60,124 nucleotides of DNA from a virus (IMGVR_UViG_3300033388_004729:1-60124), one strand, 5' to 3'. Counted from the stretch's first letter, positions 1 to 10,874 are shown. Numbers and translations: made by a program. The notes: generated by a model from the letters alone, not told the origin.

Positions 1-224
1 CGATGCTCAATGTAGGGCGATATATGGTAGATGGTCGTTGCATTTCGTAAGTTACATTTAGGGCCTCTTCTTGTATCTGTTGCGCATAAACTGAAAAATC
101 GAACTGATAAGCAACTCGATCAATTAGTGCTTGTCCATCAAATCCAGATATTCTACTCCTAACTGCATCGTATATCGCTTGATATGAATCCATATTTATT
201 CCTCCTCATTTATTATATAGTAAT

Positions 225-566
225 TTAGCATGTGCATCGTACTCCAGCCCTCGGCTCAAAGTCATCATTATCTTCTGCCTCTACCTCTGCCTCATAACAC
301 GGATAGCACAACATCCCCTCCAACACCTCATGAATCATATCAGTTGTCTGGTGTATTTCATAGCAGAACCAGCCGATGTGCTTCGCACAGCTGTACTTTA
401 CCTTATAGATTTTATTTGCAGAGTCCCAAAAAACATCAAACTCGGATAAGTCTATGTGGTCCTCCCTGGGGGTGCCCCGCCCATCCCACCGTTTCAGTCT
501 GACAAGCCCGTCTGCGCCCATCATGTCGCCCCCCAGTCCACAACCGACACATGGCAGTCGAACCAT
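225..566 (-). CDS. hypothetical protein
   Basis: 113-aa ORF in a co-oriented run of small genes; Cys pairs. Confidence 0.5.
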   Translation of the reverse strand: MVRLPCVGCGLGGDMMGADGLVRLKRWDGRGTPREDHIDLSEFDVFWDSANKIYKVKYSCAKHIGWFCYEIHQTTDMIHEVLEGMLCYPCYEAEVEAEDNDDFEPRAGVRCTC

Positions 567-982
567 TCTCTGATTATCTGCTGCCCATCTTCGAATGTCA
601 TTTATCTTCCTCCCATTTGTTCAGTCCCCTGCTTGGAAAACAGTAAAAACAAGGATTTTCAGTAACGCTTTTACGTAGATGTTTACAGTTGCTACAGTTT
701 TCTATAGTATCGGCCATTCGTCTTCCTCCAGCGGTGTCGCTGCATATATGCAATTGTCAATATCACTATTGGATTCATAACATACATATCCATGTTCACA
801 ATCAATACACACTATCCCCCTATATTCATCGTAGTCAGTCATTTGTCTGCGCCCCCGTGGTGTTCATACCAGAAATCCAAAACCATATCCAATGCTGCAG
901 GAAGTGGATTATATCCGTCCTTGGTTTTGTATAGTCTGTCCCTGCCTCTTTCGTTAACTCTGATTGATACGGTTGCCATTAA

Positions 983-1174
983 CTATTCCTCCTCGTTGTT
1001 TTGTTTACATGTTTCATATCCACCATTATGATGGTCTCTATGGCAATTAGTACACAGGCTTACGATTCCACCACATCTATAACACTGGTGTTGATTTTCC
1101 CTTGTTTCATATACATTCATTACAATTTGTGGGTTAAAATTATCGCATGGTTGCTTTCCACTTTTAAAATCCAT
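983..1174 (-). CDS. small Zn-finger-like protein
   Basis: CxxC...CxxCH motifs; abuts 1175..1432. Confidence 0.5.
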   Translation of the reverse strand: MDFKSGKQPCDNFNPQIVMNVYETRENQHQCYRCGGIVSLCTNCHRDHHNGGYETCKQNNEEE

Positions 1175-1432
1175 TTATATCTCCTCACCACACCACCAAC
1201 ATGGACTGTTCAATTCACTGTGCTTTCCACATCCACACAATACAACATCAACTTCTGTCGTTTTTGTAAACCACAATTCATATCCCATTGATGCGTAATT
1301 GGCTTTTTTATCTTGAAGTACCTTGTCAATATCACTCTTTGTTTTATATATTTCTGGCCTTCCTATATCCCTGCTTGTGATGCTGTGCTCATAATTCCAT
1401 ATTCCATATGCTAATTTATATCCTTTTACCAT
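1175..1432 (-). CDS. hypothetical protein with C-terminal Cys cluster
   Basis: 85-aa ORF, tightly packed with neighbours. Confidence 0.55.
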   Translation of the reverse strand: MVKGYKLAYGIWNYEHSITSRDIGRPEIYKTKSDIDKVLQDKKANYASMGYELWFTKTTEVDVVLCGCGKHSELNSPCWWCGEEI

Positions 1433-1589
1433 CTACAATCCCTCCATTGTCTGATCCGCTGGTATCCAGTATGTATCCGCACATCCGCCCTCGCCCAGCG
1501 CATCATAGCTGTTCGTCGGTGTCATTGATTCATCGATGTACAGCCAGACAAGTTTACCGTTTTTCATTATACTCCCCCTAATCATTGAT

Positions 1590-1787
1590 TTACTGGTATC
1601 TAGTATGACTATGCACAGCCACCCGCGACCAAGTTGTCGTTTCAATGTTTTCCAAATCAGGGCTTTCAGACCCACACCCGGGACATTCATAATGACCTGT
1701 ATCTGCATTATAGAACTCATCAATCATTCCCATTCCACACTCACAGAGATACTCCCATTCACCATTAGAGATATATTTAGTCCACAT
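1590..1787 (-). CDS. Zn-ribbon protein
   Basis: CECG...CPGCG. Confidence 0.55.
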   Translation of the reverse strand: MWTKYISNGEWEYLCECGMGMIDEFYNADTGHYECPGCGSESPDLENIETTTWSRVAVHSHTRYQ

Positions 1788-1789
1788 AA

Positions 1790-2005
1790 TTATTTCATCT
1801 CCTGCGCTTTGAGTTCGTTCAAAATCTCAATGATGGTGGGCTGAATACTCAACATATATTCTTTTGAGACTTCCTGCTCATTCCAGCGCCCTTGAGTTCC
1901 AACACCAGTCATGAACAATGCAGTATCCCGGAGTCCATGGACTTCATTTTTCTCAAGTTGTGTAATAATCTCTTTTTTTGTTTCAGGTAATTTTTCACAA
2001 ATCAT
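1790..2005 (-). CDS. hypothetical protein
   Basis: 71-aa ORF with GGAGAGG RBS upstream. Confidence 0.55.
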   Translation of the reverse strand: MICEKLPETKKEIITQLEKNEVHGLRDTALFMTGVGTQGRWNEQEVSKEYMLSIQPTIIEILNELKAQEMK

Positions 2006-2141
2006 TTTATTCCTCTCCTTTCCATTTGTAGTATCTTACTACACTTGCTACAATGTGGTATAACTATATATACTTACCTACGACTACTGTATGCGATTCT
2101 CACAATATAACCAATAATCGCACATTATCCTGCCCTAGACA

Positions 2142-2543
2142 CTATGACAATCTATCAGCGATGATATGCAATTCGATAGCGGCAACCATCCCGGCGAGAA
2201 TTACAGCAATCTCATAGGTGGTGACTGCATCCCAGGGGATGAAAAATACAACCAACATGCTAAAATAGCCAATAAGGGATACTGGACCCCACAGCAGATG
2301 GTGGCTGGCTTTTCGGTGCTTAAAGATATCGCGATAAGGACGCCATAATAACCGTATTATTCCCCACCTCTTATATATTTTTGAATTTATATCTAAATCT
2401 GGAGTAACGAAAAAAGTGGAAAATAGAAAAGATAATATAAAAATGAAAATAATTGTATAATCCAAGTTGATATATAATAACATAATAATTATTATAACTA
2501 GAACAGAAAGGTTTATTTTCTCGTGTTTTTTGTGGTTGGGCAT
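2142..2543 (-). CDS. DUF2227-like putative metal-binding membrane protein
   Basis: MPNHxxH..INL N-terminus, PDLD, RWG..W.PY...HR..SH motifs, C-terminal HIIAD; hydrophobic segments. Confidence 0.75.
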   Translation of the reverse strand: MPNHKKHEKINLSVLVIIIIMLLYINLDYTIIFIFILSFLFSTFFVTPDLDINSKIYKRWGIIRLLWRPYRDIFKHRKASHHLLWGPVSLIGYFSMLVVFFIPWDAVTTYEIAVILAGMVAAIELHIIADRLS

Positions 2544-2562
2544 TTATTTACACACATTTTTT

Positions 2563-3414
2563 TTAGTTTTCGTGAGACGCCAGAATGTTAGTAAGGTGTA
2601 ATTCCCAATATTCTCGGCGATGATTGGTTTTCATATGACAGCTTTGACAAAGAGGAACTAGTTTCCATGTTTCACCTTTACAACCTTGTGTTTTAGAATA
2701 ATCAATATGATGAATTGATAATTTCTTGCCATTCTCTTCAGCACCACACATAACACATTTCCTATTGAATTTATTACGAACACGTTCTTTTAATTCATTG
2801 TTGAATTTTATACAGTATGGTTCAAACGACAAACCACCTTTCCAAGCAGGATTGTTTTTACCAATATATTTACCTTTATGTGATTCAGACATCTTTCGTT
2901 TAGATTCTTCTGTGTGGTTGCGCCCAAACATTGGATTGTTTTCACCTTTGGTAGCATTAGATACTTTCGTTTTAGATTCGTCTGAAAGTGTTTTACCAGT
3001 ATTAGATTCTGATAATTTTCGTTTATGTTCCTCTGAAAACACTCTGCCTTTCATAGATTTGGACATGTTTAATTTGTGTTCATCTGAAAATTTTTTACCT
3101 TTGTTAGATTCAGATATTTTTTGTGACCTATTGTGTTTTTTTTCATCTGACATATTTTTCAGTGATGTGGATATCTTGTGTTTGTGTTCATCTGAATGTT
3201 TTATACCTTTTCGAACGTTTGACAGATTTAATTTATGTGTATCTGAAAACTTTTTACCGATGTTTTGATGACCATGGATATATTTTGGAATGCCATGTGA
3301 TGGAGTATGGTGACATTTTAGTATTGTTATTTCTCCACCGCAGCCACAACGACAAAAATGCTTGCCTTGCTCTTGTATTATCCAATCATCAACAGTCATA
3401 TAAATCAATATCAT
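2563..3414 (-). CDS. NUMOD3-repeat HNH homing endonuclease
   Basis: Repeated K(F/H)S(D/E)EHK..S motifs, GENNPMFG; C-terminal CVMC...IHHIDY...LCQSCH..N HNH; probable start at MTVDD. Confidence 0.85.
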   Translation of the reverse strand: MILIYMTVDDWIIQEQGKHFCRCGCGGEITILKCHHTPSHGIPKYIHGHQNIGKKFSDTHKLNLSNVRKGIKHSDEHKHKISTSLKNMSDEKKHNRSQKISESNKGKKFSDEHKLNMSKSMKGRVFSEEHKRKLSESNTGKTLSDESKTKVSNATKGENNPMFGRNHTEESKRKMSESHKGKYIGKNNPAWKGGLSFEPYCIKFNNELKERVRNKFNRKCVMCGAEENGKKLSIHHIDYSKTQGCKGETWKLVPLCQSCHMKTNHRREYWELHLTNILASHEN

Positions 3415-3417
3415 ATT

Positions 3418-3525
3418 TCACTGATATTTAATATGCATTCCAATACACATCAATATCCCCATGACAAATGCAAACAACAAAAATCCCCCACATACAAACC
3501 AGACAATTTTATCAGCTAAATCCAT
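3418..3525 (-). CDS. 35-aa hydrophobic peptide (copy 1)
   Basis: MDLADKIVWFVCGGFLLFAFVMGILMCIG; paralog of 4217..4315. Confidence 0.6.
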   Translation of the reverse strand: MDLADKIVWFVCGGFLLFAFVMGILMCIGMHIKYQ

Positions 3526-3672
3526 TAGATTACACCATATCATATTCTCTTATTGCATGAAGTACAATATCATGCCAATTCATATTATGGTTTTCTTTGA
3601 TCGTTTTCATTTCTGTAAATTCTTCATTGGTGAATTTTTCGTTTATACTTTGCATTATAACACCTTACTCAC

Positions 3673-3792
3673 TTAGTTAGTCAGCATATTATAAATACTT
3701 ATCCGATTGAGATCGAGCCATCGGAATACCAGTACTATCCCGATGATCAGGGCGGCCAGGTTGATCCGCTCGTGGGTGCGGTGGTTTGGGAT
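3673..3792 (-). pseudogene. truncated DUF2227-like N-terminal fragment
   Basis: Reads IPNHRTHERINLAALIIGI..., matching MPNHKKHEKINL of 2142..2543; GGTGA RBS upstream but ATC in the start position; stops after 39 codons. Confidence 0.6.
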
Positions 3793-3797
3793 TCAGA

Positions 3798-4220
3798 TCA
3801 CCTTTTGGAATCCTGTTTAAAAATAACAATCATGCTGTCATGCATTCCACATTTGTTAGATACTCTTTCTCCAAATGTATTGATTCCCTCAAATTTCACT
3901 CTCCCTTTCAAGAATCGTATTTCCGCATTATGATATATTACCTCATGAAATATCTTTGTAGACGTGGAAACGGGCAATAGCATCACACAAAGCTTGCCTT
4001 TTTTACTTTCATCAAATGCTTTTCTGATAAATGCCTCTTTTAATTTCCTTGAATATGGTGGATTGATGAAATTCCTATCTTTCCATTCAATTTGAAGACC
4101 GTCGAAGTCCGAATGTAAAGGACACGGATCAAAATCAAAGTTAAATTCTCTATTTAGTTTATCATATAACCATTTTGGTGTTTTCCAATCATCCTTATGG
4201 TTTAGATTTCTATTTTTCAT
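3798..4220 (-). CDS. phage-type DNA N6-adenine methyltransferase
   Basis: DDWKTP, FDFDPC, catalytic FINPPY, VMLLPVST, IRFLKGRVKF; start at MKNRN overlapping the upstream TGA. Confidence 0.88.
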   Translation of the reverse strand: MKNRNLNHKDDWKTPKWLYDKLNREFNFDFDPCPLHSDFDGLQIEWKDRNFINPPYSRKLKEAFIRKAFDESKKGKLCVMLLPVSTSTKIFHEVIYHNAEIRFLKGRVKFEGINTFGERVSNKCGMHDSMIVIFKQDSKR

Positions 4221-4315
4221 GATGATACTCCAATACACATCAATATTCCGATACCAAATGCAAACAATAAATAACACGCGCAAATAAACCAGACAATTTT
4301 ATCACTTAAATCCAT
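4217..4315 (-). CDS. 32-aa hydrophobic peptide (copy 2)
   Basis: MDLSDKIVWFICACYLLFAFGIGILMCIG; ATGA overlap with the methylase. Confidence 0.6.
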   Translation of the reverse strand: MDLSDKIVWFICACYLLFAFGIGILMCIGVSS

Positions 4316-4955
4316 TATATCACACCTCCTGTTTTATGATTCGTCTTTGTGATCCCCTACACACATCCTGCCGTTATAGTTTCCACAATTTCTGCATTCT
4401 TTCATGATATTACACCCGCCTGAGATTATAATGTTTCCACATTGAACAGTTTTTTGACTTTAGGTAATCCACACATTTCATTTTAGTTTCGGTTGCTACC
4501 ACACATGTATCCCAATATTCACACTTTTCAGGATAATAATTCATGTTCATTCCACCTTCTCGATCCAGACGTTTACTCGGTCGCCCGGCTCGATGTCGTT
4601 GTATTTACAGTGTTTAAGGATTGCAAGTCGGTACCCTTTTTGTATTTTGCATTCACCGCAGTTTATTATTGGCATTATTATTTATCTCCATATAGTCTTT
4701 CTGCAAATTCAGTTACATATTTATAAGCATTTTCGCTTGGTGGTTTATCTATGAATTGCCTGTTTTTTATCAATGCATGTAGGAAATTAGATACCCATGC
4801 TAGTTCTAATGTATTTAGTTTATTAAGTTGTATCATGATTCATCAGCAACCCCGTCCTCTCTTGACATTCAAATGCTTCAGATGCCAAGCAGTATCCATT
4901 TTGATTATATTTACATTCCCGTACATCACATATTATTAGAGAATTCATGCTCTTA

Positions 4956-5141
4956 TCACCGCCTATCCTTCACTCTTCTAACATCAAACATTGCAGATTC
5001 AATCGCTTCAGTAATCGCATCATAATGATCTATTCTCATGCTGCCATAAACTTGCCAGAATAGCGTAGATAATTGTTCTCGATTTAATTTCACAATTTCA
5101 TTTCTAAGTATATCATCCATATTAGGTATAGTATCTTTCAT
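4956..5141 (-). CDS. hypothetical protein
   Basis: 61-aa ORF with GAGGTGA RBS. Confidence 0.55.
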   Translation of the reverse strand: MKDTIPNMDDILRNEIVKLNREQLSTLFWQVYGSMRIDHYDAITEAIESAMFDVRRVKDRR

Positions 5142-5288
5142 AATTTCACCTCGTCTCTTATATTACCTGGCACACAGACATAATCTGGACAGCATCTGTA
5201 TCCAACGCAGCACCCATTATAAAAAATGGAATTTTTATTTTCACAGTATATTATTTGTTTATAGATATGGTCATATCGGCACTTCACG

Positions 5289-5483
5289 TTATTTCACCAC
5301 CACACCAGATTTATCTCGGACTGCCGGCAGGTCACTTGATCCGAACAACAGCACACACATCTGGTCAAGCTTTACCTGGAGTTGTGCATAGTCGGGGGGC
5401 GCCTCTGTCTTCCCTACGCCCTTCGCGGATTCAAGCGCAGATACCCGGGTGTTAATCTCCTCGATTTTAGTAGCCATGCACAT
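5289..5483 (-). CDS. hypothetical coiled-coil protein
   Basis: 64-aa ORF coupled to 5483..5671. Confidence 0.45.
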   Translation of the reverse strand: MCMATKIEEINTRVSALESAKGVGKTEAPPDYAQLQVKLDQMCVLLFGSSDLPAVRDKSGVVVK

Positions 5484-5744
5484 TATAGCCCCTCCATTTT
5501 CGCATCAGCTGGGATTATAGGAACCCCTCCACGGAACTTACCATTTCTGACACCAGCCAAATATTCTGACAGTGACATAATTCCTGGTGTAAATGTATAT
5601 TTTTTATTCAAATATACAAGTTTCCAATTTCTCATAATATTACTCACTCCACATACATCTCTTGCTCGCATTCGGGGCAGTTCACATCACGACCAGGTTC
5701 ATCGAAGTAATCCATTTCAAAACCACATTCAAGGCAAATATATA

Positions 5745-6095
5745 TCATGTTTCGTGCCCTTCTTTTATGATATCATATATTTTATGCACCTGTTCTGATG
5801 TTAAAGTCCTTGCGTCGATTGCGTTAATTGAATGTGCAAGTTTATTGAAATGTGCTTTTGCCACCATTTTGTCTTCAAGTTCTTGCGTCCACTTTTGAAG
5901 ATGTTTACTGGTCCACGAATCAATCTTGCAGCATCCATCTCGATACAGCGAACCACCAGTTGTTCTAACGTGTCCTTTTGGTGTGATTTTCTTCACTGTT
6001 GTTAGTTGTAATCCACCACTGAAGCCGGTAGATATATACACTTTATCGCCAGCACGAAGTTGTTTTATCCATTCATCCATCATTATTTTCACCAC
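5745..6095 (-). CDS. hypothetical SH3-like viral protein
   Basis: LRAGDKVYI...VKKITPKG pattern common in small phage proteins. Confidence 0.55.
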   Translation of the reverse strand: MVKIMMDEWIKQLRAGDKVYISTGFSGGLQLTTVKKITPKGHVRTTGGSLYRDGCCKIDSWTSKHLQKWTQELEDKMVAKAHFNKLAHSINAIDARTLTSEQVHKIYDIIKEGHET

Positions 6096-6567
6096 TATTT
6101 TTCAAGGCATATTATGCCTTGTTAATACTTAGTATGCCTTGTGTATATATATAGTTTGCTATTTGAACCAGGCACCGATATAAAGAAAGAACACGACCAG
6201 CAAATGTGCAGAAGATTCCGACAGTGGAATAAAGGTGATCTCTTAGTGAAGATTCCGACTGCGCAAAAATAAACTATTAGTGGTGAATAAAATGATCAGT
6301 GCGCAGTCAGTATTATATTCACCGCAGAACTATTTATATTTTTCTAATAATGCTGTGATTTGTATTGTGTCCATTGTATTACATCTTGTTCGCTCTCACA
6401 CGAACATTTCATCACCGGCACGCGCCACCCCACGCCCGGAGTGGCCTTATACTCGGATGATTTTATTAGGATATTTATGACTAAATAATATCATTCGTGT
6501 AGTGCCGAACAAACCGGAGTCGATTTTACTCTTCTTTTGATATTTAACAATGTTAAACCATATTAGA

Positions 6568-9012
6568 TTATTTGCTTCCTCGGTTTGCTTCATAGAGAAT
6601 ATTATCCAACCTGTCCAACAGCATAGAACCACGCGAGACGGTCTGGTTTTGCCCGATACATCGCTCTGATGAGATTAATTTATAGTTCGTAGATGTACAA
6701 ACAAAAAGCACCTCATCATATTGCTTTAGTAATCTCTGGTTTTTATCAATGAGTTGATCAACTGTGTGAATCCCGGGTCTTTCATATTCGATCGCTAACT
6801 TATGCCCGTTGATTTCTGCGACCACGTCAGCATCCTCATAGTGGTTTACTTGGACTGACGCCCCTCTATGGAGCAAGTATGCGGCGATTTGTAGGACAGT
6901 TCCGTAGTGGTCGACGGTCTGGTTCAATATTTTGCCATCTTTAACCTCAGACGTCTGTATCCAGATTCCAGTTGTGCCGCCCCGGAGTGCTCGCACAACA
7001 GCGAATCTATCCCGCCCGGGTGCTAGTAGTTTTGAATCACCGTCAATCCAATCTTCGATATATGCGTGATTCTCTTCAGCGAGTTTTGTATATCTTTTAT
7101 CGATGACCTTGAAACCAACATCAGCACCTGCTTTTATACCTGGTTTTGTAGTACCCAATATGACCTCCGATTCCAGGTCAGTAAGTGAGAATTTCACATC
7201 TGTTACGGTGTTGTTCACCTGGACTAATCCCTGCCCAATTCCACACCCACGAAGCGCAGCAATATCTTCATCTGACATATTAAAGAATGCTTTAATTGAA
7301 TCATATGAGTTCGGTTGAACATTCCCCATGATGATATTTACAAATGAGTTATTTTTAAGCAGTTCTTTAACGTCTTCGTCTTTCGCGTCAGATGGCTGTT
7401 GTGTTGTGAACCATGCATTGAGTCCGTAGCTTCGGCCCTGGGTATATATCTTCAGGATGAACTCTGCCAGTTTCTTGTCGTTTAAGAATACCCGGCCTTC
7501 GTCTATGATCACATTGGTTTTTTTGGTCAATTCAGTATTGAATCTCATCCCAACCATTCCGGTAACAAACACATTCATGGCGTCCTGGAGTGTCCCTGGT
7601 ACACTTGAAATATCAATGATTATAATATCTTTGTCAAAGTTTACATCCGTGGGTCGATTGATATATTCCCAAGATGTTTCTAATCTACTGGTTCGATTGA
7701 GCATTGCTTCAGCAGATGGATTTTTATTTTTCGAATCTTCTTTCCATACTTCTCGCAGGTCCAGCAAGACTGGCCACCTATCTCCTGCCAAATCTTTCCA
7801 GGTGTCGGGATCCTTTCGGATAATACCTTTCCTACGATATATCTCTATTAGGGATTCGTTGACATAGTTATCCATGTTGTCAGATGTGTTCAGGACCCGG
7901 AAGAAAGCTGTTACTAACTCCAAATGATTATTAAATATCTCAATATAATCATCATCTGTTTGATATACGGCATTGGTATCTAAGATTACCTGCAACGGAT
8001 TGATGTTATTATATCCTTTCTTACTTCCAATGTTAATGACCATTGCTTTATCTTTGTAATAATCTGCTACTGCAATATAGTTGGTTCTATTGTCAGGCTT
8101 TGGAGTAATATATACAAACCTATGACCTAATAGATCATAGCACCCCATCATCAATTTCATTAAAAGTACGGTCTTTCCTGATCCAGTTGATCCTACTATC
8201 AGATGATGTCCTGCGGCTAGCTTATCCAAATTGATTATGAATGGTGCATTATCCGCCTTACGCTCGCCATAGATTAAACCTATATCTGACAGCGCAACCA
8301 ACGGGTCTCGCAGAGGTACCAATGTTCCGCAGTCATGGCTCAACTGCTGAATCTCTGCTATATCAGTTGAAATAGGATATGGCTGCGCGGCCATGAAAGT
8401 ATCTAATATTGTGTAGTAAGGAACTTCAGCTCGGACTATATTAGAAGACATTACACCCTTTATTCTCGATATGCCATTCTGCAATCCTTCAAATGAATCT
8501 GACCACAATGTGATTATGTATTGACTGTCGAATAATCTTTGCTCGTTATTATAGAGCACATCGTATAATTTTACAAAGTCATGCGCCTCTTTGTCAAATC
8601 TCAATGAGTGTGCAGAGGCTCCGGATGACTTCTTGGTATCTCGGTCAATCTGCTCACTTGATATCTTATTTTTATACAGTGCATCATCAATTAGTTGCTG
8701 TGCAATTTCGTGAGGGATTGGTTCGCAACTATACGAAATACCTATTAGGCAATCACTGGTGGCCTCTAGTGCCATAATCTGATCAGTGAAGTCCGGTGAT
8801 AGATTACGGGGGAATCCCCTGCCTGTCTGTGACGGCGGCACACCCACAATCATACAGGTTGCATATATCTCACGATCTATGAGTATGTGGTCTAGGTGTT
8901 CTTCGATTAGTGTAGGTGTGATTTTCCGTACTTGCTCATCATAGTATCGCTGACTGTCTAATACTGCGCCCGCTGCTTCGTTTTTGTTTCTGAATTGTGA
9001 TAGTATGTTCAT
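6568..9012 (-). CDS. VirB4/DUF87-like (HerA-FtsK superfamily) ATPase with C-terminal nuclease-like domain
   Basis: 814 aa; Walker A GSTGSGKT, Walker B VIIDEG, GRSYG..WFTTQQP, IGQGLV; C-terminal DADVV..LAIEYE. Confidence 0.85.
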   Translation of the reverse strand: MNILSQFRNKNEAAGAVLDSQRYYDEQVRKITPTLIEEHLDHILIDREIYATCMIVGVPPSQTGRGFPRNLSPDFTDQIMALEATSDCLIGISYSCEPIPHEIAQQLIDDALYKNKISSEQIDRDTKKSSGASAHSLRFDKEAHDFVKLYDVLYNNEQRLFDSQYIITLWSDSFEGLQNGISRIKGVMSSNIVRAEVPYYTILDTFMAAQPYPISTDIAEIQQLSHDCGTLVPLRDPLVALSDIGLIYGERKADNAPFIINLDKLAAGHHLIVGSTGSGKTVLLMKLMMGCYDLLGHRFVYITPKPDNRTNYIAVADYYKDKAMVINIGSKKGYNNINPLQVILDTNAVYQTDDDYIEIFNNHLELVTAFFRVLNTSDNMDNYVNESLIEIYRRKGIIRKDPDTWKDLAGDRWPVLLDLREVWKEDSKNKNPSAEAMLNRTSRLETSWEYINRPTDVNFDKDIIIIDISSVPGTLQDAMNVFVTGMVGMRFNTELTKKTNVIIDEGRVFLNDKKLAEFILKIYTQGRSYGLNAWFTTQQPSDAKDEDVKELLKNNSFVNIIMGNVQPNSYDSIKAFFNMSDEDIAALRGCGIGQGLVQVNNTVTDVKFSLTDLESEVILGTTKPGIKAGADVGFKVIDKRYTKLAEENHAYIEDWIDGDSKLLAPGRDRFAVVRALRGGTTGIWIQTSEVKDGKILNQTVDHYGTVLQIAAYLLHRGASVQVNHYEDADVVAEINGHKLAIEYERPGIHTVDQLIDKNQRLLKQYDEVLFVCTSTNYKLISSERCIGQNQTVSRGSMLLDRLDNILYEANRGSK

Positions 9013-9212
9013 TTAAAATCACCACCATCATTAAAATATTTAATAAGAGAGTTCATATCTTCTAGCATCCCTTCAGCCACACCATACCACATTTCTTTTA
9101 TATGATCTGGTAACAATTCAAACCCATCTCCATAATATCTTTTGAAATGTGCTTTGGCTATTCTATCTATTGAATACTTCGTAATTGAAATTTGTTCTAT
9201 CATTTGATACAC
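9009..9212 (-). CDS. hypothetical protein
   Basis: 67 aa, overlaps both neighbours in the operon. Confidence 0.5.
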   Translation of the reverse strand: MYQMIEQISITKYSIDRIAKAHFKRYYGDGFELLPDHIKEMWYGVAEGMLEDMNSLIKYFNDGGDFK

Positions 9213-10012
9213 CTCCTCAATGCTCGCCCAATAACAGATTCTGTAATTAGCATCTCGTATCCTATCCCGCCAAGTTCAAATCCATCTTCTAAACTCGGGA
9301 TAAGATTCTCACGTTCTGCATCCGCTTCTTCAATCGTATTGAATCGACCTATGATTATTGAAGCGTAGATATACCGTTTCGTGGGAACCTCAGTATTAGA
9401 TACCAGCATTTGATACATTGAATTCAAGTGTTCGCGCTGTTCTGTGGTCTTTGATTCATCGTTCATAGCTTCAGCGACTTTGTTTTTGATTGTAGTATCC
9501 TGTGTGTATCGTTGAAACTCCACTACTTTGAGCACTTGACCATCATGTATTCTATCAATTATATTCTTAGTTACTAAGTGTATAAACGCATCCAGGTTAT
9601 CACCTGTTCGGTTGGGTACGAACAACATGTATATTACTCCGAACCGATTATTGGTGAATTCTATTAGCCCATTGGGGTGTGCTTTCTCAAGTGGGACAAG
9701 TCCCTTCAAGAATTGCAACGATACTGTATGCTTAGGGATGATATGCTCACCCTTCAATACTCTAATCCGATACTTTACTTCAAGTGTGGATCTTATGAGT
9801 ATGGCGGGTGTGCGCATTTTAGTATAGAATATTACCGCTGCGACTATACAGATTAGAATCATCAATGCTTTTAAGATTATTGATGAGAGTAATATGAATA
9901 GCATGAATGGGATAAACATAGCTACTAATCCGTAGATGCCAGCGGGAATTATCCAATTCCAAGGTACACCGTTCTGCTCTTCAGTTACTTTTCTTAATCT
10001 TAATGAAAACAT
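9200..10012 (-). CDS. membrane protein (2 TM plus soluble domain), VirB4 partner
   Basis: Two N-terminal hydrophobic helices; position upstream of the ATPase as for VirB3/PrgI-like genes. Confidence 0.6.
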   Translation of the reverse strand: MFSLRLRKVTEEQNGVPWNWIIPAGIYGLVAMFIPFMLFILLSSIILKALMILICIVAAVIFYTKMRTPAILIRSTLEVKYRIRVLKGEHIIPKHTVSLQFLKGLVPLEKAHPNGLIEFTNNRFGVIYMLFVPNRTGDNLDAFIHLVTKNIIDRIHDGQVLKVVEFQRYTQDTTIKNKVAEAMNDESKTTEQREHLNSMYQMLVSNTEVPTKRYIYASIIIGRFNTIEEADAERENLIPSLEDGFELGGIGYEMLITESVIGRALRRCIK

Positions 10013-10013
10013 A

Positions 10014-10874
10014 TTACATCACCAATTTTATTTTATTCTTTGCACTGCCTAATAATTTCATGATTGTAAATGGCCCCATGATAAATATTAAAGATACCAC
10101 TAATAATAATAATCCGAATACCATGAAACAGAAAAACTGCCATGACTGATTGTAGGGTGCGATGAATTGAATAACTCCAACGCCTACACATGTAACCGCT
10201 AGAATTACCGGCTGCATGAACACCATTACTATATAATAGATAAATAATCCGGTGCCTATCTTTCGAGTGTATGGGAGGGCAATTAAGATAATTATTACAA
10301 GACAGTATCCCATACTAATTCCTATGATCAATGACCTCCAGACAAACGACATGGATAATAATGCATAGATAAACCCCATGGCGACGTATAGTGTAACATT
10401 ATCCGGTGTGATTATTATGCTCGGTAATATCCCCGTCATTATCATAGAACAAATCACGTAGTTTAGCACTAATGCTAGCCACATTATAAACGGGATCATC
10501 GGCGCACATACTATTAATAGAAAAGCAGGACCAAAAAACTCTTTCATGGTTGATGTGTGTTTTACATCCATCCCCAAAAACTGTCTGCTTGTGCGCAGGC
10601 GGGACATCTGCACCCATGCGCCCCCAACAAATAGGAACATAATAAGAAATATAACATAGATTAATGCGCTTTCTTTTAGTGAGTTAAGGACTGTGGGGTC
10701 TTGCAGGGGGTTGTATGTGAACGTGGCAATGTCTACTAATAACTTCCCCTGATATGATGCATTGGCCACGCCCTGTGAGCTCATGTTGAATAAGTCATCA
10801 CCAACGCCTACAGCAAACAGTCCTATGCCTTTGTCCACACCCTCTGCTAGGGCGTCTACTGGATTTAATGCCAT
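10014..10874 (-). CDS. polytopic membrane protein, VirB6/TrbL-like
   Basis: About 6-7 hydrophobic helices; LIALPYTRKIG motif typical of VirB6-like channel proteins; operon context. Confidence 0.6.
   Translation of the reverse strand: MALNPVDALAEGVDKGIGLFAVGVGDDLFNMSSQGVANASYQGKLLVDIATFTYNPLQDPTVLNSLKESALIYVIFLIMFLFVGGAWVQMSRLRTSRQFLGMDVKHTSTMKEFFGPAFLLIVCAPMIPFIMWLALVLNYVICSMIMTGILPSIIITPDNVTLYVAMGFIYALLSMSFVWRSLIIGISMGYCLVIIILIALPYTRKIGTGLFIYYIVMVFMQPVILAVTCVGVGVIQFIAPYNQSWQFFCFMVFGLLLLVVSLIFIMGPFTIMKLLGSAKNKIKLVM

Noticed and set aside
6170-6380. oriT candidate downstream of the VirB4 operon (GAAGATTCCGAC twice; GACTGCGCA/TGCGCAGTC inverted repeat)
   Set aside because: The repeats are short, and the minus strand reads like a frameshifted hydrophobic ORF remnant; no relaxase is present to support an oriT call
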